A stretch of DNA of 64,000 nucleotides from an uncultured Caldilineaceae bacterium (GCA_964517605.1 CAZFCE010000016.1:18900-82899); one strand, 5' to 3'; numbered from the stretch's first letter, positions 9,176-18,530 are shown. Made by a program: numbers and translations. The notes: generated from the sequence alone by a model not told the origin.

Positions 9176-9835
9176 TTAACCGGCCCGCCGCGCCGCCAGA
9201 ATTTCTTTAATGGCCACAACGCTTTCGCGCTCATACTCCAGCATCCGCCGAATCACTTTGCGAGGCGTCCACTCATCGCCATCAAAAACGGTGGTTTGGG
9301 CGCGTTGCCCCTCGGTGAGCGCCCGCAGCCGTTCCAGCGCCACCCCGCGCGCCGCCGCCAGCCTGAACAACGCCGCTTCCGGCCATTTTTCCAGCCGGTC
9401 GGTGTACCAAATATCGGCTTCGGCAATATCATGCAAAATTTCTTTAATTGATGGCGCGCCGTCGACCTTCCAGTTTAAATCCACTTCGGGCAAATCTTTA
9501 ACCAGGCCCAGCAACTCCTGCCGCGAAACCGCCAGCCAACGCAGCATGGTTTCCATTTCGTTGGGGCGTAGCGCATCAAAATCGGTGGGAAACGTGGCGG
9601 TGGCGGTTTCTTCAAAATCCAGTAGCAACCCTTCACTCACGCGAGGCACCGGTTCGCCCACCTCGCGCAGCAGGCGCAGGTACTCCTCAACCGCGCCGCG
9701 AATCTTCTGGCGGGCTTCATCTACCGTGCTGCCCCGCACCGACGCCCCCGGCAGCGACGGCACATGCGCTGTTGCGCCTGGGGAGGTAACGGCATCGCCC
9801 ACAGTTTCAATGTAAACCAAAAATTTAGCCATCAT
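9176..9835 (-). CDS. HicB-like (UPF0150) N-terminal domain fused to a DinB-family helical domain
   Basis: N-terminus FLVYIETVGDAVTSPGATAHVPSLPGASVRGSTVDEARQKIRGAVEEYL is HicB-like. The C-terminal part (LVKDLPEVDLNWKVDGAPSIKEILHDIAEADIWY) is DinB-like. RBS aaggag; the start is either of two adjacent ATGs (9835 or 9832). Confidence 0.6.
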   Translation of the reverse strand: MMAKFLVYIETVGDAVTSPGATAHVPSLPGASVRGSTVDEARQKIRGAVEEYLRLLREVGEPVPRVSEGLLLDFEETATATFPTDFDALRPNEMETMLRWLAVSRQELLGLVKDLPEVDLNWKVDGAPSIKEILHDIAEADIWYTDRLEKWPEAALFRLAAARGVALERLRALTEGQRAQTTVFDGDEWTPRKVIRRMLEYERESVVAIKEILAARRAG

Positions 9836-9847
9836 TCAACTCCTTGG

Positions 9848-9920
9848 AAAATAACGAATTACAAACTACGAATTACGAATGTCACCCTGAGTAGGGGCGA
9901 CCCTCGCGGTCGCCCAAGGT
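9848..9920 (-). repeat. Roughly 73-bp dispersed intergenic repeat, copy B, ending just upstream of the RBS of the HicB/DinB gene
   Basis: Reverse complement reads accttgggcgaccgcgagggtcgcccctactcagggtgacattcgtaattcgtagtttgtaattcgttatttt. The first 43 nt match copy A except for one a/g difference, and the last 13 nt (aattcgttatttt) are identical to copy A. Confidence 0.85.
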
Positions 9921-10080
9921 AAAGAGGTTCTACCTAAATTTTACCCGATAATTGGCTTTAATCACACCCCGGCCCGCCATTCTGCAACCCAACAGAAAGC
10001 CCGATCACCGGTTTGATTGGACTGCCCGGCTGCCGGCAAATTGGCTCTATCCAAAGCATAATTGGCGTGCTATAATTAGG

Positions 10081-10096
10081 CCAATTTTAAAATTGG
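10081..10096. promoter_or_regulatory. Perfect 16-bp palindrome ccaattttaaaattgg, 12 nt upstream of the MocR-type regulator start (candidate operator)
   Basis: Self-complementary over 16 nt. The same AATTGG core recurs at 9950, 10015, 10039 and 10060. Confidence 0.4.
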
Positions 10097-10107
10097 ATTG
10101 CAACTTT

Positions 10108-11637
10108 ATGTCGTTAAACGGAATTGAGCTAAACCGGCAATCTGACCGGCCCATGTATTTGCAGGTGGCCGACCAGCTTCGCGCTCAAATTGAAACCGGA
10201 ATACTGCCCGCCGAAACCCGGCTGCCGGCCAGCCGCATTCTGGCCAGAAAACTGGGCGTTAACCGGATTACGGTGGTTAACGCCTACAGCGAACTGGAAG
10301 CCGAAGGGCTGGTAATCACCAAAGTTGGCAGCGGCACTTACGTGGCTCCGGCCAAACCAACCGGCGCGCCCCCGCCGCCGGTAGAACCGCCGCGCTGGCG
10401 CGGCCCGCTGGCCCTGCGCCGCCAGTGGACCGCCAACCAGATGATGCTGGAAATGAGCCGGCTGGTGCGCCAGCCCGGCGTCATCTCTTTTGCCGGGGGC
10501 GCGCCCGCCAGCGACTTTTTGCCCGTGCACGAATTTAGGCGGGCGCTGAACGATGTGCTGCGCCGCGACGGGGCCGACGCCCTGCAATACGAGGAATCGG
10601 CGGGCTACTACCCGCTCCGCGAGAAAATAGCCGAAATGCTGCAAGAGCGGAACATCCACGTTAAAGGCGAGGATATTTTAATTACCGCCGGCTGCCAACA
10701 GGCCGCCGATATTGCCCTGCAAGTGCTGGCCCGGGGCGCCGACAGCGTGCTGGTGGTCGAAGACCCCTGCTACCTGGGGCTGCTCAATCTGGTTACGTCG
10801 CGGCAAATTACGCCGATTGGCATTGCTATGGATGAGCACGGCATGCTCACCGACCGGCTGGAGCAGGTGATTTTGCGGCATCACCCCCGCTTAATTTACG
10901 TTACACCCAATTTTCACAACCCCACCGGCCTTACCATGCCGCTCAACCGGCGGCAAGCCTTGCTTGAGATTGCCACCCGCTACGGCGTGCCAATTTTAGA
11001 GGACAGCAGCTACGTGGGCCTGCGTTTTGAAGGCCAGCCCATGCCCAGCCTGAAAAGCATGGATCGGGAAGATATTGTGTTTTACGCCGGCGGCTTTAGC
11101 AAAACCCTGGTGCCGGGCCTGCGGATTGGCTATTTGATCGCCCCGGCCCTGCTGCAAGACCGCATGATTGCCACCAAACAAACCGCCGATATTCTCACCT
11201 CGCCGTTAAACCAGCGGGCGCTGCACGCCTATTTGAGTACCGGCCACTTTGCCCATCACCTTGAGTTGGTGCAACGCGAATACAAACTGCGCCGCGATGT
11301 TATGATGGATGCCGCCAGCCGCCATTTTCCCGCCGATGCCCACTGGCGCACGCCCGCCGGCGGCATCTACCTGTGGGTAGAAATGGACCCCGACGGCCCT
11401 TCGGCCACCGAGCTATACCTCACCGCCATTAATTACAACGTGGCCTTTTCTATTGGCTCGGTTTTTTCGGCCAGCGGCTCGTTTACCCACGCCATGCGGC
11501 TAAACTTTGCCACCCCGTCGCCCGACGAAATCGAAGAAGGCATGCGCCGGTTGGGTAAAGCCTGGCACGAGCTTTTGGCCCGGCACAGCAACGTCACCCA
11601 GCCCGTTCGCCGCCGCTCCGCCCTTGAAATTCTTTAA
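10108..11637 (+). CDS. MocR/PdxR-type regulator: GntR-family wHTH fused to a PLP-dependent aminotransferase-like domain
   Basis: wHTH YLQVADQLRAQIETGILPAETRLPASRILARKLGVNRITVVNAYSELEAEG. Fold-type I aminotransferase domain with FSKTLVPGLRIGY. ATG 10108 is chosen because the listed upstream extension has no domain content. Confidence 0.85.
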   Translation: MSLNGIELNRQSDRPMYLQVADQLRAQIETGILPAETRLPASRILARKLGVNRITVVNAYSELEAEGLVITKVGSGTYVAPAKPTGAPPPPVEPPRWRGPLALRRQWTANQMMLEMSRLVRQPGVISFAGGAPASDFLPVHEFRRALNDVLRRDGADALQYEESAGYYPLREKIAEMLQERNIHVKGEDILITAGCQQAADIALQVLARGADSVLVVEDPCYLGLLNLVTSRQITPIGIAMDEHGMLTDRLEQVILRHHPRLIYVTPNFHNPTGLTMPLNRRQALLEIATRYGVPILEDSSYVGLRFEGQPMPSLKSMDREDIVFYAGGFSKTLVPGLRIGYLIAPALLQDRMIATKQTADILTSPLNQRALHAYLSTGHFAHHLELVQREYKLRRDVMMDAASRHFPADAHWRTPAGGIYLWVEMDPDGPSATELYLTAINYNVAFSIGSVFSASGSFTHAMRLNFATPSPDEIEEGMRRLGKAWHELLARHSNVTQPVRRRSALEIL

Positions 11638-11654
11638 TCCCATTGATTGAACCC

Positions 11655-12581
11655 ATGAACCAATTACACTTTGCCCAAATCAGCGATATTCACATTTCAG
11701 CCGCCGGCGACCACCACGATATGTTGTCCGGGCAAACGGCGGGCTTTTTAACCGGCGTTGTGGCCCGGCTTAACCAAATTGATGACCTGGACTTTACGCT
11801 CATCACCGGCGATTTGTTTGATACCGCCAGCGCCACCGAACTGGCCCGGTTTCAACAGGTGATGGGCGCGCTGGCCAAACCATATTACATTATCCCCGGC
11901 AACCACGATCGCCGCGCCCCCGACCAATCCGCCGGGTTAACCCGCCACGATTTTGCCCGGCTGTTCAACCCGCAGGTTAGCCGGCGACCGGCGCACCCGG
12001 CGGCGCAAGCCGGTTACTGGTCGCTGGCGGTTGCGCCGGAAGTGCAGCTTATCGGCCTGGATTCCATTCGGGATGACGACTGGAGCGGCGTGATTGACTC
12101 GCTGCAACTGGACTGGCTGCGCCACGAACTGGCCGCCGCCGCCGACAAACTGGTGATTGTGGCGGTGCACCATCCGCTGCACCCGCTGGCCCCCATTGAC
12201 GCCGATCCGCACTGGCGGCGGTTTGTGCTGGATAACGGGCCGGAACTGCTGGCGCTGCTGAACACCCAGCCGCAGGTAAAACTGGTGCTCACCGGCCACC
12301 ACCACCTTACCAAAGCCGACCGGCTGGGTGGGCGCTGGCATTTGGCCGGCCCGGCGCTGGCCACTTACCCGTGCGCCTACCGCACCATCCGCCTAAGCTG
12401 GCCCGCCGGTGAGCTTGAGTGGCGCACTCACCCCGCCGCCAACACCGAGGTTGTAGCGGCGGCCCAACAGGCTATGGCTGCGGCCTGGGCCAAAGCCGGT
12501 TTTCTGCCGGAGTTTGTGGCCCACCACGTAGCCCTGGCGTTGGGCAATGATTTTGACCGGAACGGCCGGGCGCTGCTTTGA
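11655..12581 (+). CDS. Calcineurin-like metallophosphoesterase (CpdA-like)
   Basis: Motifs ISDIHIS, TGDLFD, PGNHD, VAVHHP and GHHH in canonical order. Confidence 0.8.
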   Translation: MNQLHFAQISDIHISAAGDHHDMLSGQTAGFLTGVVARLNQIDDLDFTLITGDLFDTASATELARFQQVMGALAKPYYIIPGNHDRRAPDQSAGLTRHDFARLFNPQVSRRPAHPAAQAGYWSLAVAPEVQLIGLDSIRDDDWSGVIDSLQLDWLRHELAAAADKLVIVAVHHPLHPLAPIDADPHWRRFVLDNGPELLALLNTQPQVKLVLTGHHHLTKADRLGGRWHLAGPALATYPCAYRTIRLSWPAGELEWRTHPAANTEVVAAAQQAMAAAWAKAGFLPEFVAHHVALALGNDFDRNGRALL

Positions 12582-13477
12582 ACAAACCCACCGCGCCCCA
12601 AACCTGGTTTAACCCCGGTTCGGCCCCGCTGCGGGGGGTGCTGCTTACTCTGGCTTCGGCGGCCTGCGTTTCGGTAACTTTTATTGCCAGCAAAGAAGCC
12701 ATGCGCCAGCTTTCGCCGCTGGCGTTTTCGCCGCTCTGGTTTGGAGCGGCATCGGTGTGGGGCGGCGCATTTTATGTGGCCCAAAACGGGCTATCGCTGC
12801 CGAGGGGGCTGCGCCGGCTGGCCTGGCCGCTGTTGTGGCTGGGCGTTTTTAACGGGCTGGCCAACCTGCTGCTGTTTATGGCCATTGATTTGGGTGATCC
12901 CACGCTGGCGGCCTTTTTTAGCCGCAGCGAAACCGTCTATTCGGTGCTGCTGGGGGCGCTGCTGCTGGGCGAGCGCATGCTGGCGGGGCAGTGGGCAGGT
13001 GTGGGGCTGGCCATCATCGGCGCGGGAGTCATCACCTTTAAAAGCGGCAGCGTGGTGGGGCTAATGCTGATTTTTACGCTGGTGTCCAACTTTTTTCTGT
13101 CGCTCAGCACGTTAATTGCCAAACGGCACATTTTGGCGGTGCCGCCGCTGCTACTCAGCACCATCCGCACTGCGCTGATGACGCTGATGCTGGGCGTCAT
13201 TGGCCTTGTTGCCGGCCAACTGAGCTGGCCCAACGCCGTGGCCTGGGCCTGGATTTGGGGCGGCGCGTTTTTTGGCCCGTTTTTAAGCTATGTGCTGTTT
13301 TACCAGGGGCTACTGTACCTGGATTTGGGCAAGGGCGTGGTGATTCGCTCGACCCAGCCGCTGTTTGTGGCCATTTACAGTTTTATCCTGTTTGGCGCGC
13401 TGATGACGCCACAGCAATTTATCGGCGGGATATTGCTGCTGCTGGGCGTAATTTTAATGTTGCAACAACAAAACTAA
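12578..13477 (+). CDS. EamA/DMT-family transporter
   Basis: About 10 TM helices arranged as two EamA-like halves. The TTG start overlaps the upstream stop by 4 nt (tttga). Confidence 0.7.
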   Translation: MNKPTAPQTWFNPGSAPLRGVLLTLASAACVSVTFIASKEAMRQLSPLAFSPLWFGAASVWGGAFYVAQNGLSLPRGLRRLAWPLLWLGVFNGLANLLLFMAIDLGDPTLAAFFSRSETVYSVLLGALLLGERMLAGQWAGVGLAIIGAGVITFKSGSVVGLMLIFTLVSNFFLSLSTLIAKRHILAVPPLLLSTIRTALMTLMLGVIGLVAGQLSWPNAVAWAWIWGGAFFGPFLSYVLFYQGLLYLDLGKGVVIRSTQPLFVAIYSFILFGALMTPQQFIGGILLLLGVILMLQQQN

Positions 13478-13498
13478 ATCATACCGAGGACTAATTTT

Positions 13499-14467
13499 AT
13501 GACGGATCAACCCATTCCCACTTTGCACGATGTATTTGCCGCCCGGCCCAACGTTTACCGTTATTTGCGGCCCACGGCGCTGTACCCCTACTCTGGCCTG
13601 AGCGAACTGGTGGGCGCTAACGTGTGGGTAAAACACGAAAACCACCAGCCGGTGGGCGCGTTCAAGGTGCGCGGCGGGCTAAACTTTGCCGCCCACCTGC
13701 CCAAAACCGCCGCCCAGGCCGGCCTGTTCACCGCCTCAACCGGCAACCACGGCCAGAGCATTGCCTTTGCCGCCAAAACCTACGGGCTAAAAGCCACCAT
13801 CGCCGTGCCGCAGGGCGCTAACCCGGCCAAAGTGGCGGCGATGCGCAGCCTGGGCGCAGAAGTTATTTTCCACGGGGCCGACTTTGACACCGCCCGCGAA
13901 TGGATTATGGCCGAAGCCGAAGCGCGGGGCGGCCAGTTTGTTGGCCCCACCGAAGACCTGCTCATTGCCGGCGTGGGCACCTACGCCCTTGAAATTCTGG
14001 AAGATTTGCCGCAAGTAGAGGTTATCATTGTGCCGGTGGGCGCGGGCAGCGGCGCGTGCGGCACCAGCATTGTGGCCAAAACCATCAACCCCAAAATTCA
14101 GGTGATAGCGGTGCAATCGGCGCAGGCCCCGGCCATGAAATTAAGCTGGGAAAGCGGCCAGCTTGTTACCGCCGAAATGCGTACCTTTGCCGAAGGCGTT
14201 GCCACGCGGGTGCCATTTGCCAATACCCAGCGCATTATGAGAAAATATCTGGATGATTTTGTGCTGGTTGACGACCAAGCCATTAAACAGGCCATTGTGT
14301 TGATGTTGCAGCACACCCGCAACCTGGCCGAAGGCGCGGGCGCGGCCCCGCTGGCGGCGGCGTTGCAACTCAAAGAGCAGTTGGCCGGCAAAAATGTGGT
14401 GCTGGTGCAAAGCGGCGGCAATATTGCGCTTGAACGGCTGCAAGAAATTTTGGCCGCAGCCCATTAA
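13499..14467 (+). CDS. PLP-dependent threonine/serine dehydratase-family enzyme (fold-type II)
   Basis: PLP-lysine motif HQPVGAFKVRGG, STGNHGQS, glycine-rich loop PVGAGSGACG. Length of 322 aa (catabolic-type, no ACT-like regulatory domain). Confidence 0.8.
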   Translation: MTDQPIPTLHDVFAARPNVYRYLRPTALYPYSGLSELVGANVWVKHENHQPVGAFKVRGGLNFAAHLPKTAAQAGLFTASTGNHGQSIAFAAKTYGLKATIAVPQGANPAKVAAMRSLGAEVIFHGADFDTAREWIMAEAEARGGQFVGPTEDLLIAGVGTYALEILEDLPQVEVIIVPVGAGSGACGTSIVAKTINPKIQVIAVQSAQAPAMKLSWESGQLVTAEMRTFAEGVATRVPFANTQRIMRKYLDDFVLVDDQAIKQAIVLMLQHTRNLAEGAGAAPLAAALQLKEQLAGKNVVLVQSGGNIALERLQEILAAAH

Positions 14468-14500
14468 CCATCAATTTTTGGGGGTGGTTATACCGGCAAC

Positions 14501-14710
14501 GGGTCTGCAACCGTCGCGCAGGGGTCTGCAACCGTCGCGCAGGGGTCTGCAACCGTCGCGCAGGGGTCTGCAACCGTCGCGCAGGGGTCTGCAACGGTCG
14601 CGCAAGGGTCTGCAACGGTTGCGCAGGGGTCTGAAATGGTTGCGCAGGGGTCTGCAACCGTCGCGCAGGGGTCTGCAACGGTTGCGCAAGGGTCTGCAAC
14701 CGTCGCGCAG
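14501..14710. repeat. Tandem array of 10 x 21-bp units (consensus gggtctgcaaccgtcgcgcag)
   Basis: Units 1-4, 8 and 10 are identical. Units 5, 6, 7 and 9 are variants (gcaacggtcgcgcaa, gcaacggttgcgcag, gaaatggttgcgcag, gcaacggttgcgcaa). The units are head-to-tail with no spacers. Confidence 0.95.
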
Positions 14711-14770
14711 GCGATAAGTGCCGGTCACTTTAGCACTTGTTCTAACCATAATATGAGTTACGCAGTTCAT

Positions 14771-14866
14771 GTCATTTCGATGAGCGAAGCGAAGAGAAAT
14801 CCCTGAAACCGCCCATTGCACCAGCAGTTCCCGGGGATTTCTCGCTCATTCTTCGCTCGAAATGAC
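14771..14866. repeat. Imperfect inverted repeat (about 33-nt arms, 30-nt loop), MITE/REP-like
   Basis: Left arm gtcatttcgatgagcgaagcgaagagaaatccc and right arm gggatttctcgctcattcttcgctcgaaatgac. Shares the gcgaagcgaagag module with 2917-2929. Confidence 0.75.
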
Positions 14867-14958
14867 ATTTAAACAGTCAACCGCGCAAGTTCTACATAAG
14901 CCTAATTTTTTATAGGCAACCGCAGGTTGCTTTTATACCAATAACAGAGGAAGGGCAA

Positions 14959-15297
14959 ATGAGCGAAATAACCTACGTAAAATGGGCTAACCTGGCCCCG
15001 GTAGAAGTATCTCCCCTGATACAGCGCCGGCTAATCAGCGGCGATAACATGACCTCGGTGGAGTTTACCTTTAAGGCGGGCGCGGTAGTGCCCCTGCACA
15101 GCCACCCCCACGAACAAATCAGCCACATCCTCACCGGCAAAGTTGAATTTGAAATCGCCGGGCAAAAGCGGGTGCTGGGCGCGGGCGAAGCCGTGCTGGT
15201 GCCATCGAACGTGGTGCATGGCGTGGTGGCGCTGGAAGATGCCATTGAAATTGAAGTGTTCAGCCCGCCCCGGGCCGATTTTTTACCCCAGGCGTAA
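14959..15297 (+). CDS. Cupin-domain protein
   Basis: 112 aa with cupin metal motif HSHPHEQISHILTGKVEF...VPSNVVHGV. RBS agaggaaggg. Confidence 0.75.
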   Translation: MSEITYVKWANLAPVEVSPLIQRRLISGDNMTSVEFTFKAGAVVPLHSHPHEQISHILTGKVEFEIAGQKRVLGAGEAVLVPSNVVHGVVALEDAIEIEVFSPPRADFLPQA

Positions 15298-15303
15298 CCA
15301 GCC

Positions 15304-16332
15304 ATGAAAAAGATTGATCTACGTAGCGACACCGTTACCCTGCCCAGCCCGGCCATGCGCCAGGCTATGGCCACCGCCGAACTGGGCGACGACGTGTACG
15401 GCGAAGACCCCACCGTTAACCAACTTGAGGCGCTGGCGGCAGCCATGCTGGGCAAAGAAGCGGCGCTGTTTGTGCCCAGCGGCACCCAAAGCAACCTGCT
15501 GGCCATTATGAGCCACTGCCAGCGCGGTGATGAGTACATAGTGGGGCAGCAGGCGCACACCTACAAATACGAAGCCGGCGGCGCGGCGGTGCTGGGCAGC
15601 GTGCAGCCCCAACCGCTGGATTTTGAGCCGGATGGCACCATCAGCCTGCCCAAAATAGAAGCCGCCATTAAACCGGAAAACGACCACTTTGCCAAAACCC
15701 GGCTGCTGTGCCTGGAAAACACTCAGGCCGGCATGGTGCTGCCGCTTGATTACATGGCGCAAGCCACCGCGCTGGCCCGCCGGCACAATTTGGCCACTCA
15801 CCTGGATGGCGCGCGCGTTTTTAACGCCGCCGTAAAACAACAGGTAAACGTGCAGGAAATTACGCAACACTTTGATTCGGTTTCGGCGTGCCTGTCCAAA
15901 GGGCTGGCTGCGCCGGTGGGATCGGTGCTGTGCGGGCGGGCCGGGTTTATCAAAACGGCCCGGCGCTGGCGCAAAATGGTTGGCGGGGGCATGCGGCAGG
16001 CCGGCGTGCTGGCGGCGGCGGGCATCCTCGCCCTAACAGAGATGGTGGAGCGGCTGGCCGACGACCACGCCAACGCCAGCCGGTTGGCCGTTGGCTGGGC
16101 GGCAATTCCGGGGATAAGCGTTAACCTGGATATGGTTCAAACCAACATGGTGTTTTTTAGCCTGGCCCAACCGCTGGTGGGCAAATTTGGCCCATTTATG
16201 GCCGAGCGCGGTATTCTTGTGGGCGATGGGCCGGCTCCCATTCGGGCCGTTACCCATTACGGCATCGAAGCGGCAGATATTGATTTTGTTATTGACGCTG
16301 CAACCCAATGCAGCGCTCACTATTTAAGTTAA
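15304..16332 (+). CDS. ltaE: Low-specificity L-threonine aldolase
   Basis: [37 protein letters not shown] at the N-terminus, and [12 protein letters not shown] (PLP-lysine region). Confidence 0.85.
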   Translation: MKKIDLRSDTVTLPSPAMRQAMATAELGDDVYGEDPTVNQLEALAAAMLGKEAALFVPSGTQSNLLAIMSHCQRGDEYIVGQQAHTYKYEAGGAAVLGSVQPQPLDFEPDGTISLPKIEAAIKPENDHFAKTRLLCLENTQAGMVLPLDYMAQATALARRHNLATHLDGARVFNAAVKQQVNVQEITQHFDSVSACLSKGLAAPVGSVLCGRAGFIKTARRWRKMVGGGMRQAGVLAAAGILALTEMVERLADDHANASRLAVGWAAIPGISVNLDMVQTNMVFFSLAQPLVGKFGPFMAERGILVGDGPAPIRAVTHYGIEAADIDFVIDAATQCSAHYLS

Positions 16333-16346
16333 AGGGAGGATTTTTT

Positions 16347-16661
16347 ATGGCAGATAAAAAACCGTACAGCCCGGTTGCGCCCTACGCCGAACTCAAACGG
16401 GTAGAGCAGGAACTCATCGCCGCCGTTTCGGTGGAAAAAATTAAAGAGTTGGTGGTCAAAGACGGCCCCAAAGTAGGTTACAAAGCCTTTTGTTACATGC
16501 TCGGCGGCAAAATGACGCCCGAAGCGATGAAACCGGACGAGGCTTGCGAAGCCGCCGCCGCGCTCGAAACGCAGGGCAAAACCGAAGAAGCACTGGAAAT
16601 TTATAAACGAGTGGTTGAGGTTCACCCCGACCACCCGCTTGCCACGGGCAAAGTCGCCTGA
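16347..16661 (+). CDS. Hypothetical small soluble protein (104 aa)
   Basis: ATG 16347 is preceded by a strong RBS agggagga. No recognisable motif; the C-terminus (EEALEIYKRVVEVHPDHPLA) is TPR-like. Confidence 0.5.
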   Translation: MADKKPYSPVAPYAELKRVEQELIAAVSVEKIKELVVKDGPKVGYKAFCYMLGGKMTPEAMKPDEACEAAAALETQGKTEEALEIYKRVVEVHPDHPLATGKVA

Positions 16662-16709
16662 GGAATCCAAATTAGGTCCTAAAGATTTAGTAAACCAAAG
16701 GAGAGAATT

Positions 16710-17636
16710 ATGACAACCCCAAATGGCAGCCCCAAAAAAGAAAACGGCGCGCCGCAAGAAGTAGCCACCTGGCGAGTAAAAGTTGGGCTGGCCCAAATGC
16801 TCAAAGGCGGCGTAATTATGGACGTGGTAACTCCCGAACAGGCCAAAATTGCCGAAGAAGCCGGTGCTTGCGCCGTAATGGCGTTAGAACGGGTACCCGC
16901 CGACATCCGCGCCAACGGTGGCGTGGCCCGCATGAGCGACCCGGGGATGATTCAGCGGATTATGGAAGCGGTGTCCATTCCGGTAATGGCCAAAGCCCGG
17001 ATTGGCCACTTTGTTGAGGCGCAAATTCTGGAAGCCATCGGCGTGGATTATATTGACGAAAGCGAAGTGCTTACGCCCGCCGACGAAATGTTCCACATTA
17101 ACAAGCATCCCTTTAAAGTGCCGTTTGTGTGCGGCTGCCGCAACCTGGGCGAAGCGCTGCGCCGCATTGGCGAAGGCGCGGCCATGATTCGCACCAAAGG
17201 CGAAGCCGGCACCGGCGACGTGGTCGAAGCGGTGCGGCACGCCCGCACCGTGCTGGGCGAAATCCGGCGGCTGCAAAACATGCCCGATGAAGAGTTAATG
17301 ACCTACGCCAAAGACATCGGCGCGCCGTATGATTTAGTCAAAGAAACCAAAGAATTGGGCCGGTTGCCGGTAGTTAATTTTGCCGCCGGCGGTGTAGCCA
17401 CTCCCGCCGATGCGGCGCTGATGATGCAACTGGGCGTGGATGGCGTGTTTGTGGGTAGCGGTATCTTTAAAAGCGGCAACCCGGCCAAACGCGCCAAAGC
17501 CATTGTAGAAGCGGTAACGCACTTCCAAAACGCGGCTATTCTGGCCGAAGTCAGCAAAGATTTGGGCGAGCCGATGGTTGGCATTAACGTGAGCAGCCTG
17601 CCCGAACAAGAGTTGATTGCCGGGCGCGGTTGGTAG
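16710..17636 (+). CDS. pdxS: Pyridoxal 5'-phosphate synthase, lyase subunit PdxS
   Basis: Near-invariant PdxS/SNZ blocks [88 protein letters not shown]. Confidence 0.97.
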   Translation: MTTPNGSPKKENGAPQEVATWRVKVGLAQMLKGGVIMDVVTPEQAKIAEEAGACAVMALERVPADIRANGGVARMSDPGMIQRIMEAVSIPVMAKARIGHFVEAQILEAIGVDYIDESEVLTPADEMFHINKHPFKVPFVCGCRNLGEALRRIGEGAAMIRTKGEAGTGDVVEAVRHARTVLGEIRRLQNMPDEELMTYAKDIGAPYDLVKETKELGRLPVVNFAAGGVATPADAALMMQLGVDGVFVGSGIFKSGNPAKRAKAIVEAVTHFQNAAILAEVSKDLGEPMVGINVSSLPEQELIAGRGW

Positions 17637-17717
17637 TTTGGGTTTCCAAAGAAACAAAAACTTTCGGAGTTGCGCTTTTGCGGCAGGCATTTTTAGCCCA
17701 GTAGTACCATTGATTGC

Positions 17718-17746
17718 TTGACCAAGATTTTACCGTTATTTAAAAT
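17718..17746 (+). promoter_or_regulatory. Candidate sigma-70-type promoter (TTGACC-17 nt-TAAAAT)
   Basis: Lies in an AT-rich gap 83 nt upstream of the 17829 start. Confidence 0.4.
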
Positions 17747-17828
17747 AGAGTTAACCCTTTCTTAACTCAAGGGGTGTATACTATCCCCAAAGCTAGTTTG
17801 GGTAAAAGGCAAGCTTTAAGGAGCTTCA

Positions 17829-18476
17829 ATGGTATTATCATCAATGGTAACTTCGGCAAAACGGAGTGCAACAATCATCAAATATAATGATGAGGCTATT
17901 GCCCGGTGGGTTTCGCATGTTATTAGCCCGCATGTGGTTGGTGTGGTGATTACGGCCATAATGGCGTATCAGTACAGCGATAATCCGTGGGAAACCCTGG
18001 CGTGGCTGACAATGCTGTTGCCGTTAATTGTAATACCGCCGTTTGGCTACGTGCTTTGGCTGGTGCATCGGGGTACGCTGGAGGATATTTACATGCCCCG
18101 CCGTGAAACCAGAATGCGCCCGCTGGCGGTGATTATGGGCTGGCTGCTGGTGTGCTGGGGGTTAATCCGGTACTGGGGAGCGCCATCAATTGTTGAGTCT
18201 ATTTTGATTGTCAGCGTAATGCTGGTGGGGGCGTTAAGTTTTGTAACGCTGTTCTGGAAAATCAGCTTTCACGGCGCAACCGTTTCGGCGGCAGCCACGG
18301 CCACGGTTATTATGATTGGCAGCTGGACATGGCCGGTTATGTTACTGGTGCCGCTGGTGGGCTGGTCACGGATCAGACTACTACGCCACACCCCCCGGCA
18401 GGTTATTTTTGGCTCGCTGGTAGGGGCAACGGTTGCGCTGGTAGTGGTAAATAGCGTGCTGCTGCGCCTGCGCTGA
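17829..18476 (+). CDS. Integral membrane protein, weakly PAP2-like
   Basis: Six hydrophobic helices. SFHGA and SRIRLLRHTPRQV resemble PAP2 motifs C2/C3 (PSGH; SRxxxxxHxxxD) but are degenerate. Confidence 0.45.
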   Translation: MVLSSMVTSAKRSATIIKYNDEAIARWVSHVISPHVVGVVITAIMAYQYSDNPWETLAWLTMLLPLIVIPPFGYVLWLVHRGTLEDIYMPRRETRMRPLAVIMGWLLVCWGLIRYWGAPSIVESILIVSVMLVGALSFVTLFWKISFHGATVSAAATATVIMIGSWTWPVMLLVPLVGWSRIRLLRHTPRQVIFGSLVGATVALVVVNSVLLRLR

Positions 18477-18506
18477 TAAAAAAACGCAATTCCATTTAAA
18501 CCAAAA

Positions 18507-18530
18507 AGCGCCGGTTTTTTAACCGGCGCT
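18507..18530. terminator. Bidirectional rho-independent terminator between convergent genes
   Basis: agcgccggtt-tttt-aaccggcgct, a 10-bp perfect stem flanked by an A-run and a T-run. Confidence 0.85.

Noticed and set aside
14501-14710. Possible CRISPR array
   Set aside because: The 21-bp units are directly contiguous with no spacers, the unit is shorter than known CRISPR repeats, and no cas genes are in the window.
14370-14821. ORFs reading through the 21-bp array (heptad peptides RRGLQPS, LQTPARR, CRPLRDG)
   Set aside because: They are open only because 21 is a multiple of 3. They overlap the 3' end of the dehydratase gene or the hairpin element, lack an RBS, and have implausible Arg/Cys/Pro composition.
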